Assembly: GCA_963832165.1 (NCBI GenBank)
Contig: CAWHTE010000007.1
Coordinates: 992,001-1,056,000 of the forward strand
DNA from: an uncultured delta proteobacterium
GTDB taxonomy: Bacteria; Myxococcota_A; UBA9160; SMWR01
Direction of reading: 5' to 3'
Length of the DNA: 64,000 bases
This document shows, piece after piece, positions 9,397 through 18,712 of the stretch. Position numbers and translations under genes: made by a program. The stretch's first letter is position 1; each line of letters starts with the position of its first letter. Below the pieces are notes generated by a model. The model was not told the origin of the DNA, made no database searches, and saw nothing but the letters and a program-made list of their open reading frames with translations.

Positions 9397-10817
9397 GGCC
9401 TCGGCATTCCGGGCGGCAATGCGCCGGCGTCGAAGCCCGCCTCGCTCTCGAGGTGCGCCTGCGGCGCCGTGCAGTAGAGCGTCGCGGTGACGCCCGCAGG
9501 CCGGTCGTTGCCGCTCTTGCCGCTGCCACCGAACGGGAGCCGCCCCGAGGCGCCGACGGTGCCCTTGTTCCAGTTGAGCAGGCCCGTGCGGATGCGCCCG
9601 ATACAGTGCTCGTACTTCGCACGGTCGCGCGTGATTACGGACGCTGCGAGGCCGTAGTCCGAGTCGTTCGCGCCGGCGATCGCCTCGTCGAGATAGTCGA
9701 AGGGGTAGAGCGCGGCCTCTGGGCCAAAGATCTCCTCGCGCTGATAGGGATGGCGCTGAGCGATCGACTCGAAGCGCACGAGGCCCGCCCCCGTGTAGGG
9801 CGGCGGCCGGCCCGTATCGACGAGCAGCACGCGCTCGCCGCCCGCGTCGGCCGCGAGCTCGCGTAGTTGCGTGAGGCGCTCGTGCGCAGCCCGCGACGCG
9901 ATCGGGCCCATGAACACGCCGGGTTCGAGCGGCTCACCGACGCGCAGGCCCGCGAGCACGGCAGCGAGCTTCTCCTGGAAATGCTCGCGCACGGGCCGCT
10001 CCACGAACACACGCCGTGTCGCGGTGCAGCGCTGCCCCGTGGTTGCGGCGATCGAGAGCGCGGCCTCGGCGACCGCGAGATCGAGATCGGCGTCGGCGCA
10101 CACGATCATCGCGTTGCTGCCGCCGAGCTCGAGTGCGAGCAGCTTGTGCGGCGCGTCGAGCGTGGCGAGCGTGAGCGCGCGACCCGTCGCATACGACCCC
10201 GTGAAGAGGATCCCATCGACATCGGCCGTGGCGAGCGCGCGGCCCGTCGCAGGGCCACCCTGCACGACCTCGAGAACGCCTTCGGGCAGCCCCGCCTCGC
10301 GCCAGCGCTCCGCCATCCACGCGCCTACCCCCGGAGCGATCTCGCTCGGCTTGAACACGACGGTATTGCCGGTCGCGAGCGCAGGCACGATGTGCCCGTT
10401 CGGGAGGTGCGCCGGGAAGTTGAACGGCCCGTACACCGCGAGCACGCCGCGCGGGTGATAGGTGGCGCGCTGGCCGGGCGCGGCGTCCAGCGGCCGCACG
10501 AGCGCCATGCCCTCGGCGAGCGTCACCGCGACCTTCGACGCGATCAGGCGCGCTTCCGAGTCGGCATCCCAGCGCGCCTTGCCCACCTCGCGCGCGATCA
10601 GCTGAGTGAGCTCGTCGATCCGCTCGGAGACGATCTGCGCGAAGCGCTCGAGCACCGCAGCGCGCGCGTCGGGGAAGGCGTCGCGCCAGCGCGGGAACGC
10701 GGCGCGCGCGCGCGCCACGGCGTCGTTGACCGCGGCGGCGTCGGCCACGGCGAACCGGCCGACGACGTCCGAGGGATCCGACGGGGATACACTTTCGAGT
10801 GTTGCTGTCATCTCCAC
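9393..10817 (-). CDS. astD: Succinylglutamate-semialdehyde dehydrogenase (aldehyde dehydrogenase)
   Basis: GPFNFPAHLPNGHIVPAL, FKPSE, FTGS, LELGG, GQRCT, EEIFGP, SGNDRPAG. Adjacent to astA. Confidence 0.85.
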   Translation of the reverse strand: MEMTATLESVSPSDPSDVVGRFAVADAAAVNDAVARARAAFPRWRDAFPDARAAVLERFAQIVSERIDELTQLIAREVGKARWDADSEARLIASKVAVTLAEGMALVRPLDAAPGQRATYHPRGVLAVYGPFNFPAHLPNGHIVPALATGNTVVFKPSEIAPGVGAWMAERWREAGLPEGVLEVVQGGPATGRALATADVDGILFTGSYATGRALTLATLDAPHKLLALELGGSNAMIVCADADLDLAVAEAALSIAATTGQRCTATRRVFVERPVREHFQEKLAAVLAGLRVGEPLEPGVFMGPIASRAAHERLTQLRELAADAGGERVLLVDTGRPPPYTGAGLVRFESIAQRHPYQREEIFGPEAALYPFDYLDEAIAGANDSDYGLAASVITRDRAKYEHCIGRIRTGLLNWNKGTVGASGRLPFGGSGKSGNDRPAGVTATLYCTAPQAHLESEAGFDAGALPPGMPRP

Positions 10818-10824
10818 TCGCGAT

Positions 10825-10859
10825 GGCGGGATCCCCTCGCTTCGCTCGCTCCTCCCGCC
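10825..10859. repeat. REP-like hairpin between astA and astD
   Basis: GGCGGGA...TCCCGCC arms enclose CTCGCTTCGCTCGCT, which shares the CTTCGCTCGC core with the dispersed repeat. Confidence 0.5.
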
Positions 10860-11885
10860 CTACGGGAGCGGCGTGACCGTCACCCGATCGCCCGCGGTGA
10901 CGCCGAGCGCGTCGCGCGAGAGCTGCGAGACGTACGGTGCGCCCTCGGCGTCGAGCGGGACCATCGTTGCGCGGAACCCGTGCCGGCCCATCGCCGCGAC
11001 GAGCACGAGCGTCGCCTCGTCGGTGGCGGGCGGTTCGCGCACGAGTCCGGGCAGCACGAGCTGGCGGCGCTCGTGCACCGAAGCGATCGCGTCGCGCGAC
11101 GCGCCCACGTAGGGCCCGCCGTCGAACGGATCGACCTGGTTCAGCCGGCGGAAGCCGATCTTCTCGAGGATCCGCAGCGCCGCCACCGCAGTGTCGTTCG
11201 GCTTGCCGATCACGGCCTGCACGTGCTCGGGGAACAGCGTCGCGTAGACGGGATCGCGCGGGAACAGATCCGCGATGAACTGCTTCGAGTGCGACGAGAG
11301 GTGATCGGCCTTGCGGTAGGAGAGGCCCGTGAACTTCGCCCCGAACGCGTCCCAGAGCAGGTTCCGCCCGGGTTCCACGAACGGCGAGAGCATCTCCGCG
11401 ATCACCTCGCGCTCGAACCGGTTGGGGAACATCGACATGAACGCAAAGCGCACGATCGAGAGCGCCTTGCCGCAGCGCGCCTTGTGCCGCCGATAGGCGG
11501 GGTCGAGCACGATGCCGCCGATCTCCGTGGGGCCGTCCTCGGTCGAGCGCAGCTGGAGCTTCTTGTGCTCGAAGCGCACGCCGAGCTCGGCGCTGCGGCG
11601 CTCCTCGGTGGTGACCTCGAGCCAGAAGTAGGGCTTCCCCGGGCGCCCGTGCTTGGCCAGGATCGTGCTCGTGCCGACGCAGCGCTGGGCGTCGCTGTCT
11701 TCGAGCACGAACACGTAGATGCCCTCGCGCCAGTCGGGGAGCGATCCGCCGAACGAGCGCTGCGACGCTGCGATGCGCTCGGCGAGGAACGTCGGCTCTG
11801 CGGGCAGGTTCATCGAGTCGAGCTGCGCCGCGAGGCCGAGCAGCGCGTCCGCGTCGCGGGTCTCGATCGGACGCAGGATCAGCAC
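10860..11885 (-). CDS. astA: Arginine N-succinyltransferase
   Basis: MLILRPI, NLPAE...RI, YVFVLED, TEIGGIVLDPAYR, LSIVRF, VIAEM, DPFDGGP. Confidence 0.9.
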   Translation of the reverse strand: MLILRPIETRDADALLGLAAQLDSMNLPAEPTFLAERIAASQRSFGGSLPDWREGIYVFVLEDSDAQRCVGTSTILAKHGRPGKPYFWLEVTTEERRSAELGVRFEHKKLQLRSTEDGPTEIGGIVLDPAYRRHKARCGKALSIVRFAFMSMFPNRFEREVIAEMLSPFVEPGRNLLWDAFGAKFTGLSYRKADHLSSHSKQFIADLFPRDPVYATLFPEHVQAVIGKPNDTAVAALRILEKIGFRRLNQVDPFDGGPYVGASRDAIASVHERRQLVLPGLVREPPATDEATLVLVAAMGRHGFRATMVPLDAEGAPYVSQLSRDALGVTAGDRVTVTPLP

Positions 11886-13249
11886 GCGAGCCCCCGCGCT
11901 TCTGCGACGCGGCGCAGCGCTTTCTCGAGCATCGTGAAGCCGCTCTCGAGCTCTTCGTCGGTGGTGTTCACGGGCAGGAGCATGCGGATCTTGGCCGGCT
12001 TCGCCCCGGCGCTCCAGACGAACAGGCCCTCCTCGAACGCGGCCTCCACGATCGCCTGCACCGTGTCGCTCGCGCCGTCGAACGGCACGAACGCGTGCAT
12101 CGCGCCGATGCCCGAGTGCGCGCCGACCGCGCGCGGCATCCGGCGCCGCAGCGCATCGAATCGGCGCACCACGCGCTCGCCTAGCACGGTGATCCGGCCC
12201 TCGGCTCCGAGGTAACCCTCGGATTCGAGCCGCTCGATGATGCGCGCACCCACCGCGAGGCCCACCGTCGAGCCCGCGTAGGTGCCCGCGATGAGCCCCG
12301 GTTTCGGGTTGTATCGCGACGTGAACAGCGCGGCGCTGCCCTGGAGCGCCTTGCCACAGGTGACCACGTCGACGAGATCCTCGAGGCCGAACGTGCGAAA
12401 GCCGAACAGCTCGCCCGTGCGCGCGAAGGTCTGCACCTCGTCCACCCAGACGGCGATCTTCGCCGTGCGGCAGCGCTCCATGACGTTGCGGAAGAAGGAT
12501 GGCGGCGCGGTGTGGTAGCCGCCCTCGCCCTGCACGAGCTCGAAGATCATGCCCGCGATCCGGCCGGGATAGCGCGCGAGATGGGCATCGATCGCCTGGA
12601 CCGTGCGCTGCGGCGACTCGGGATCGTGGAACGGGACGTAGAGCACGCGCCCCGAGACCGGAAGGCCCTCGCGATAGGCGGCCTTGTCGGTGATCTCGGC
12701 GAGCGCGAGTGTGCGGCCCGCGAAGTTGCGCTCGAATGCGATCAGCATGTCCGCTGGCGCATGCTTCTGGAGCACGACCTTGAGCGCGTTCTCGTTCGCG
12801 ATCGCGCCCGAGATCGAGAGCCAGCCGTGCTTGATGTGCGGGCCCGCATGGCGCAGCAGTGCGCGCAGGAGCTCGGGGTACTCGGCGGCCGGCGCGAGAT
12901 GTCCCTGGTAGACGCTGTCGCCCGCGGCCGCGACCACGGCCGTCTCGAGCAGGTCACTGTCGGAGTGCCCGAAGAGATACGTGCCGATGCCGCACACGAA
13001 GTCGAGCACGGTGCGCCCATCGGCAAGCCGCACGCGCGCACCGCGACCGCTCGACGCGACCAGTGCGGGCACCGCGAGGGGGCGTCCGCGCAGCCGCGCG
13101 ATGCTGCGCAGGGCATCCTCGTAGGCCTTGGGCGAGAGCTCGCGCTCGCCGGCTGCCACGCGCACGGCTTCGATCAGTGCCTGCGCCGCTTCGCGCACGC
13201 CGGGCGCGTCGCTTAGCGAGCGCAGCGGATTTCGCTTCGAGCGGGCCAT
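11879..13249 (-). CDS. Class III PLP aminotransferase (succinylornithine/acetylornithine transaminase-like, AstC role inferred)
   Basis: SGAIANENALK, FAGRT, ELVQGEGG, DEVQTF, TCGKALQ. First gene of the ast operon; start uncertain. Confidence 0.85.
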   Translation of the reverse strand: MARSKRNPLRSLSDAPGVREAAQALIEAVRVAAGERELSPKAYEDALRSIARLRGRPLAVPALVASSGRGARVRLADGRTVLDFVCGIGTYLFGHSDSDLLETAVVAAAGDSVYQGHLAPAAEYPELLRALLRHAGPHIKHGWLSISGAIANENALKVVLQKHAPADMLIAFERNFAGRTLALAEITDKAAYREGLPVSGRVLYVPFHDPESPQRTVQAIDAHLARYPGRIAGMIFELVQGEGGYHTAPPSFFRNVMERCRTAKIAVWVDEVQTFARTGELFGFRTFGLEDLVDVVTCGKALQGSAALFTSRYNPKPGLIAGTYAGSTVGLAVGARIIERLESEGYLGAEGRITVLGERVVRRFDALRRRMPRAVGAHSGIGAMHAFVPFDGASDTVQAIVEAAFEEGLFVWSAGAKPAKIRMLLPVNTTDEELESGFTMLEKALRRVAEARGLAC

Positions 13250-13321
13250 TGCCAAGAGCGTATCGACCTGCCGGAAACGGGGCTTGGGGGTCCGTGCGGA
13301 ACCCGAGACCACCTTTTCGAG

Positions 13322-13346
13322 TTCGCTCGCCTCGCGGCTCGCTGCG
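13322..13346 (-). repeat. Dispersed repeat, copy C (upstream of the aminotransferase)
   Basis: The reverse complement CGCAGCGAGCCGCGAGGCGAGCGAA matches the copy A core with one extra base. Confidence 0.65.
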
Positions 13347-13518
13347 GGCGTGCCACTTGCTCAAGTTTGGTCGGCCTCGGGACGACCCGTTGGTGGTCAT
13401 CGTGCGCGACCCCTCCGACATCCCCTCGGGCGCCGAGCCCCAAGAGTCCCGTGCCCTCGCTATCCTTCGCGGCGCGCGGACGCGAGAGGATTCTCGAAGC
13501 AGGGGGTACGAGGTGGAG

Positions 13519-14367
13519 ATGGCGCTACGCGACGCCGCGCTTCCGATGCGCCGGCGCCGTCGCGCCCTCGAGGCGCGCCCGCGCACCGAATCGCCGCATC
13601 TCGCGCTGCTGCGCGCGCCGCGACGGCCCATGCCGCAGGTCCCGCTCGCGGGAGAGATCCGGGTCGCCACCTACAACGTTCACCGCTGGACGGGTTTGAA
13701 CGGGCGAAGCCGGCCCGATCCCGCGCGCGCGGGCTTCGTGATCTCCGAGCTCGGCGCCGACCTGATCTCCCTGCAGGAGGTGTTGCGGCCCGATCGCGGT
13801 GACGATCCGCTCGAGGCGCTCGCCGAGGCGCTCGGCTTTCACGTGGTATTCGCGGCGACGCGCGTGCACAAGCGCGGCGAGATCGGCAACGCGATCCTGT
13901 CGCGCTGGCCGATCGCCGGCGTCTCGATGCTCGACCTCTCCTACAACCCGATCGAGAAGCGCGTCGCGATCGCGGCGCAGCTCCAGTCGGACGGCGCCGA
14001 GCTCGATGTCGTCGCCACGCATCTCGCGCTCGCCGACCGCACTCGTCAGCGCCAGGTGAGATCGCTGCTCGATCACCCGCGCCTGGCTCACACCCCGACG
14101 CTCTTGATGGGCGACATGAACGCGTGGCGGCAGTGTCAGGCCACTCGCGAGCTGGACCTCGCGCTCCACGACCATCACAACCACGAGTGGCCGGCTTCGT
14201 TCCCGGCTGCGAGCCCCGTGCTCGCACTGGACCGCATCTACGCGCGCGGGCTGCACATGATCGCGATCGAGGCGCACGACTCGCGCGCCGCGCGTCGCGC
14301 GTCGGATCACCTGCCCGTGATCGCACGCGTGAAGCTCGAAGAGGGAAGGGCTCACCCCGCGGCGTGA
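13519..14367 (+). CDS. Endonuclease/exonuclease/phosphatase (EEP) family protein
   Basis: VATYNVH, LQEV, GNAILSRWP, THL, MGDMN, LDRIY, SDHLP. Confidence 0.9.
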   Translation: MALRDAALPMRRRRRALEARPRTESPHLALLRAPRRPMPQVPLAGEIRVATYNVHRWTGLNGRSRPDPARAGFVISELGADLISLQEVLRPDRGDDPLEALAEALGFHVVFAATRVHKRGEIGNAILSRWPIAGVSMLDLSYNPIEKRVAIAAQLQSDGAELDVVATHLALADRTRQRQVRSLLDHPRLAHTPTLLMGDMNAWRQCQATRELDLALHDHHNHEWPASFPAASPVLALDRIYARGLHMIAIEAHDSRAARRASDHLPVIARVKLEEGRAHPAA

Positions 14368-14379
14368 TACCTTGGAGCG

Positions 14380-15330
14380 GTGGCCCCCGGAACCGCTCGC
14401 GGCTTTCCCCGCAGCGCGCGCCGCGTCGCGGCCGTCGCGCTCGGTCTCGCGCTGCTCGGCGCCGACGGTGCCGCACCGAACGCGCCGAGCGCTCCGTCCG
14501 AAGGGGAACGCCCCGCGAGCGGCCGCTTCCTCGTCGCCAGCGAACAGATCCGCGGCTCGGTCTTCCACCATTCGGTGGTGTTTCTGCTCAGCTACGCCGA
14601 GTCCGGTGCGATCGGACTGATCGTCAACCACCCCACCGACCTCGCGCTGAGCGAGGTGGTGCAGGGTGCCGTCGACGGTGCGGGTTGGCTCCACCTCGGC
14701 GGGCCTGTCGAGCTCCCGATGGTGATGGTGCTGCTGCGCGCGCAGTCTCCGCCCAAGCAGGCGATGCACGTCGCGGGCGACGTGTTCGTGACGGTCGATG
14801 CCGCGCTGCTGCTCGAGCAAACCGGAAAACCTGGTAGCACCGGATCGGTGCGCGTGTACGCGGGCTATACGGGCTGGGGACCGGGCCAGCTCGACGCCGA
14901 GATCGCTCGCGGCGACTGGATCGTCGCCGATGCGCCGGTCGAGTCGATCTTCGACGACGCGCCCGAGGCGCTCTGGAAGAAGCTCCATCTGCGCCACCAC
15001 CGGCTGATCGCAGGGCTGTCCGCGGTTCCGGTCCTGCTGCTGCTCGTGATGCTCGGCTGCAGCGGGATCGAGGGGGCGCGCCACTACCGCGAGGGCACGC
15101 AGGCGCTCGAGCGTGGGGACGCGAACAGCGCGGTGCTCGCACTCGAGCGCGCCGCGGAGCGCGTGCCCGAAGCCTCCGAAGTGCAGAACCACCTTGGGCT
15201 CGCCTATCTCGCGTCGGGGCGCCGCGACGAGGCGCTGCGCGCGTTCGAGCGCGCTGTGGCGCTCGACTGCGACAACTCTGCCGCGAGCCGTAACCTCGCT
15301 CTGCTGCGCGGAGATCTGCGCGCGCCGTGA
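14380..15330 (+). CDS. YqgE/AlgH (UPF0301) domain with signal peptide, in frame with a lipoprotein-like TPR module
   Basis: GRFLVA, FHHSVVFL, GLIVNHP, LGGPV, YAGYTGWGPGQLDAEI, then LLLLVMLGC and TPRs (HLGLAYLASGRRDEALRAFERA). Confidence 0.75.
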   Translation: MAPGTARGFPRSARRVAAVALGLALLGADGAAPNAPSAPSEGERPASGRFLVASEQIRGSVFHHSVVFLLSYAESGAIGLIVNHPTDLALSEVVQGAVDGAGWLHLGGPVELPMVMVLLRAQSPPKQAMHVAGDVFVTVDAALLLEQTGKPGSTGSVRVYAGYTGWGPGQLDAEIARGDWIVADAPVESIFDDAPEALWKKLHLRHHRLIAGLSAVPVLLLLVMLGCSGIEGARHYREGTQALERGDANSAVLALERAAERVPEASEVQNHLGLAYLASGRRDEALRAFERAVALDCDNSAASRNLALLRGDLRAP

Positions 15331-15386
15331 TCGCGCTCCGCGGCCGCGATTTGCCGGCGGCGCGTGTGTTCATTACCGTCGGAGAG

Positions 15387-15833
15387 ATGTCACACGAGGT
15401 CGAGCACCGCACGCTCTCCCGCTACCTCGAAGATCACCAGCTCAAGCACACGAAGCAGCGCGAGGCGATCCTCGAGATCTTTCTCGACGTCACGGGACAC
15501 ATCACGGGGGAGGACCTGTATCAGCGGGTGCGCGAGCTGCACCCCCAGATCGGGTACACCACCGTCTACCGGACGATGAAGCTGCTATGCGAGGCCGGGC
15601 TCGCGCACGAGCACAACTTCGATGGCACCACGCGCTACGAGATCGCGCACGAGCACCACGACCACCTGGTGTGCATCCGCTGCGGCAAGATCATCGAATT
15701 CGAGTGCGAGATGATCGAGAAGGCGCAGGAGCAGATCGCCGAGCGCTACGGCTTCCGCGTGCTGCGCCACCGGCACGAGCTCTACGGCCACTGCAGCAAG
15801 TGCCAGAACGAGCCGGGGCGCCGCAGCCTCTAG
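15387..15833 (+). CDS. fur: Fur family metal-responsive transcriptional repressor
   Basis: TKQREAIL, TVYRTMKLLCEAG, HHDHLVCIRCGKIIEF, HELYGHCSKC. Confidence 0.9.
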   Translation: MSHEVEHRTLSRYLEDHQLKHTKQREAILEIFLDVTGHITGEDLYQRVRELHPQIGYTTVYRTMKLLCEAGLAHEHNFDGTTRYEIAHEHHDHLVCIRCGKIIEFECEMIEKAQEQIAERYGFRVLRHRHELYGHCSKCQNEPGRRSL

Positions 15834-15880
15834 GCCGGCCGTCCCCCTTTTTCGCGCGCGGGTCGGGCCCCGAGCCCCGC

Positions 15881-15909
15881 TTGACAGCGGTCAGCGACCG
15901 CCGTAGCGT
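15881..15909 (+). promoter_or_regulatory. sigma70 promoter
   Basis: TTGACA (15881-15886), 17-nt spacer, TAGCGT (15904-15909). Confidence 0.75.
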
Positions 15910-15917
15910 GGCCGCCG

Positions 15918-15940
15918 AAATTGAATGTGATTTTCAATTT
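15918..15940. promoter_or_regulatory. Fur-box-like operator
   Basis: AT-rich palindrome AAATTGAA-TGTGATT-TTCAATTT just after the -10 element, downstream of fur and upstream of a porin operon. Confidence 0.8.
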
Positions 15941-16004
15941 CAGACCCCATGCTCCCACGAGGAGCGGCTTCCGGCGACGCCCGGAAGAGTGCGAAGTGGG
16001 CTGC

Positions 16005-16196
16005 ATGGCCAGAGCGGAGAAGAGCCGGAGCGAGCGGCACGACCCCAACGAGTGCCGCTGCCTGTGCGGCAGCCTCGTCGCTCGCCGCGTACCCACCGGC
16101 GTCGAGCTCAAGTGCCGGCGCTGCAAGCGCACGGTCGTCCTGCCGCTGCTCGATCTCACCCAGCCCACGGTTCAGGCCCGCGAAGCCACTCCGTGA
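16005..16196 (+). CDS. Small zinc-ribbon protein resembling phage Mu Com (translational activator family)
   Basis: CRCLCGSLVARRVPTGVELKCRRCKRTVVL matches the Com pattern RC..C..L....EI[RK]C.RCK. Confidence 0.65.
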   Translation: MARAEKSRSERHDPNECRCLCGSLVARRVPTGVELKCRRCKRTVVLPLLDLTQPTVQAREATP

Positions 16197-16281
16197 GCGT
16201 CTCGATTTCTTCGACCCATCTGCGGCCAGCGGCCATGAGCCCCGAGCCCTGCCGGCTCCATCCGAGCCCGGAGCTCGTCTC

Positions 16282-17622
16282 ATGAAAGCTTCCCGTCTGA
16301 TTCTCCCCACCCTGGCCGCGGCGCTGTTCGCCGCGGCGCCTCTTGCCGCGGCTCCGGCCGACGACGAGCAGATGGCCGGGGACGACCGCGTGTCGGAGCT
16401 CGAGCGCAAGGTCGAGCTGCTCACCGACGAGCTCGCGCGCACGAAGCAGGACATCGGCGTCCCCGAAGAGAAGCCGCTCGAGAGCGTCCACGGGCTCGGG
16501 CCCGGAGCGTCGAAGATCTACAACCTCACGCGGGGTCTCTCGATCGGCGGCTACGCCGAGGGCGGCTACACCGCGGTGGTTCACGACAAGCGGAAGTCCG
16601 GCGACACGAACGGCGCCGACTTCACGCGCGCGGTGCTCTACGCCGGCTACAAGTTCACCGATCGGATCCTGTTCAACTCCGAGATCGAGTTCGAGCACGG
16701 CTCCACCGAGGAGAACGGCAGCGGTGTCGGTCGAGTTCGCCACGCTCGACTTCCTGATCCAGGACGAGGTGAACACGCGCGCGGGGCTCGTGCTGATGCC
16801 GATGGGCTTCCTGAACGAGATTCACGAGCCGCCGTTCTACTACGGAACCCACCGCCCCGACGTGGAGCGCACGATCATTCCGAGCACGTGGCGCGAGGTC
16901 GGCGCCGGACTGTTCGGGCGGATCGCGGACCAGATCGAGTACAAGGTCTATGCGGTGGCGAGCTTGGACGCGACCGGCTTCGACGTCCAGCGGCATCCGC
17001 GGTGGGCGCCAGCAGGGCAGCGAGTCGCTCGCCGAGGATCTCGCCTTCGTCGGGCGGGTCGACTGGGAGCCGATTCCCGAGCTCATGATCGGCGGGTCGG
17101 CCTTCATCGGAAATACCGGGCAGGATCAGTCCTTCGACGTCGATGGGGACGGCTTGACCGACGCAAACCTGCCCGGCGCGACGCTCACGCTCTGGGAAGC
17201 GCACAGCGAGGTCACGACGCACGGGCTGCGCGTGCGCGGGCTGTTCACGATGAGCCATCTGAAGGATGCGGGCTCGCTCACCGGGGACCTGCTCACCACG
17301 GGCGCGCTGGCTGCCGGCGATGCGATCGCCGAGAACACGCTCGGCGGATACGGCGAGGTCGGCTACGAGGTGCTGCAGTGGATCGCGCCCAACAGCGGCT
17401 GGACCGTCGAGCCGTTCGTGCGCGCCGAGTACATCGACACGCAGTACGACATGCCGAGCGGATTCGACGCGAACAAGTCGGAGCAGTTCCAGGTCTACAC
17501 GGTGGGCGTGTCGGCGAAGCCGATTCCCGAACGTGGTGCTGAAGCTCGACTATCGCAATCGCGTGGCCCGGCAGGGACAGCTGGGCGACGAGGTGAACCT
17601 CGGGATAGGAGTTGTCTTCTAG
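16282..17622 (+). CDS. Outer-membrane porin (short-chain/OprO-P-like), interrupted by three +1 frameshifts
   Basis: Signal peptide and coiled coil, SIGGYAE, YAGYKFTDRILFNSEIEFEH, VEFATLDF, HEPPFYYG, IIPSTWRE, C-terminal NLGIGVVF. Frame changes near 16720, 16985 and 17527. Confidence 0.8.
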
Positions 17623-18168
17623 CTGCCGTCCGAGCAATCGGCATCTCGATCTTCGCGGCGCTGTGCCTGACCTCGGGCACCGCGCACGCGAAGGTCTTCT
17701 TGAGCCGCAGCGAGGCGCTCGCACTGGCCTTTCCCGATGCCGACCGCATCGAGGACGAGTCGATCCTGCTCGGCGACGAGCAGGCGGGCCAGATCGAACG
17801 GCTCGCGAAGAGCCGCCTCGAGTCGCGGCTCGTGCGCATCCACCGCGGCTACCGCCAGAACGAGCTTCTGGGCTACGCGATCATCGACGTGCACAACGTG
17901 CGCACGCTGCCCGAGGCATTCCTCGTGGTGCTCTCGCCCGAAGGTGCCGTGCGCAATGCTGCGCGTGCTCGCATTCCACGAGCCGCTCGAGTACATGCCT
18001 CCCGCGCGCTGGTATCAGCAGTTCGAAGGCAAGACCCTCGCTGCCCCGCTGCGGCTCGGAGGTGACATCCATGCCATCGTGGGTGCCACGCTCTCGTCGC
18101 GCGCCACGACCGAAGGCGTGCGCCGCGCGCTTGCGCTGTATCAGGTCGTGATCGCCAACCGAAAGTAG
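17612..18168 (+). CDS. Secreted FMN-binding domain protein (flavinylation substrate), frameshifted near 17955
   Basis: Signal peptide, EALALAFPDA, VRTLPE, VLAFHEPLEY, WYQQFEGK, IHAIVGATLSS (variant of [S/T]GA[S/T]). Start uncertain. Confidence 0.7.
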
Positions 18169-18175
18169 GCCCACC

Positions 18176-18712
18176 GTGCGCTTCGTGATCACCGGAGAGT
18201 GGAACCGCAATCGCCTGCTCCAGACGATCGTGGTCCTGTACAGCGTCTACGTCGCGGGCCTCTGGCTCACGAACGCGCTGCTCTATTTCTCGAAGATGGG
18301 CCTCACCCCGGCCTCCGTGATCAGCTACTACCGCGGGAACGAGGAGCTCTTCCTCTCGCCGCGCAGCTATCAGGGCATGCTCGAGGTGGCGCACTTCCAC
18401 CTGTTCGCCATGGGCATGTTGCTGCTCGTGCTCACGCATCTGATGCTGTTCGTTCCGCTCAAGAACGGCACGAAGGCGTGGCTGATCGCGCTGCCATTCG
18501 TGGCCGCCGCGCTCGACGAGGGAGGCGGCTGGCTCGTGCGCTTCGGGCACCCTGCGTTCGCCTCGCTCAAGATCGCGGGCTTCCTGCTGCTGCAGGGGAG
18601 CCTCGCGGCACTGATCGGGCTGTCGCTGTGGTCGGTGTTCGCGGGCTCGCAGGCGGAGAACTACACGGGCGAGCTCGGCGATCTCTCGGATCTGGACGAC
18701 ATGCCGCAATGA
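18176..18712 (+). CDS. Integral membrane protein (~4 TM) with His residues in TM segments
   Basis: Hydrophobic helices, YYRG, LEVAHFHLFAMG, LTHL. Translationally coupled to apbE. Confidence 0.7.
   Translation: MRFVITGEWNRNRLLQTIVVLYSVYVAGLWLTNALLYFSKMGLTPASVISYYRGNEELFLSPRSYQGMLEVAHFHLFAMGMLLLVLTHLMLFVPLKNGTKAWLIALPFVAAALDEGGGWLVRFGHPAFASLKIAGFLLLQGSLAALIGLSLWSVFAGSQAENYTGELGDLSDLDDMPQ

Noticed and set aside
13346..13361. sigma54 promoter GGGCGTGCCACTTGCT for the EEP gene
   Set aside because: The spacing is correct, but the -24 match is weak and it abuts the dispersed repeat, so it is not listed as a feature.
16005..16196. Prophage remnant interpretation of the Com-like gene
   Set aside because: There is no mom, methyltransferase, structural or transposase gene nearby, and the gene is embedded in a host Fur-box operon.
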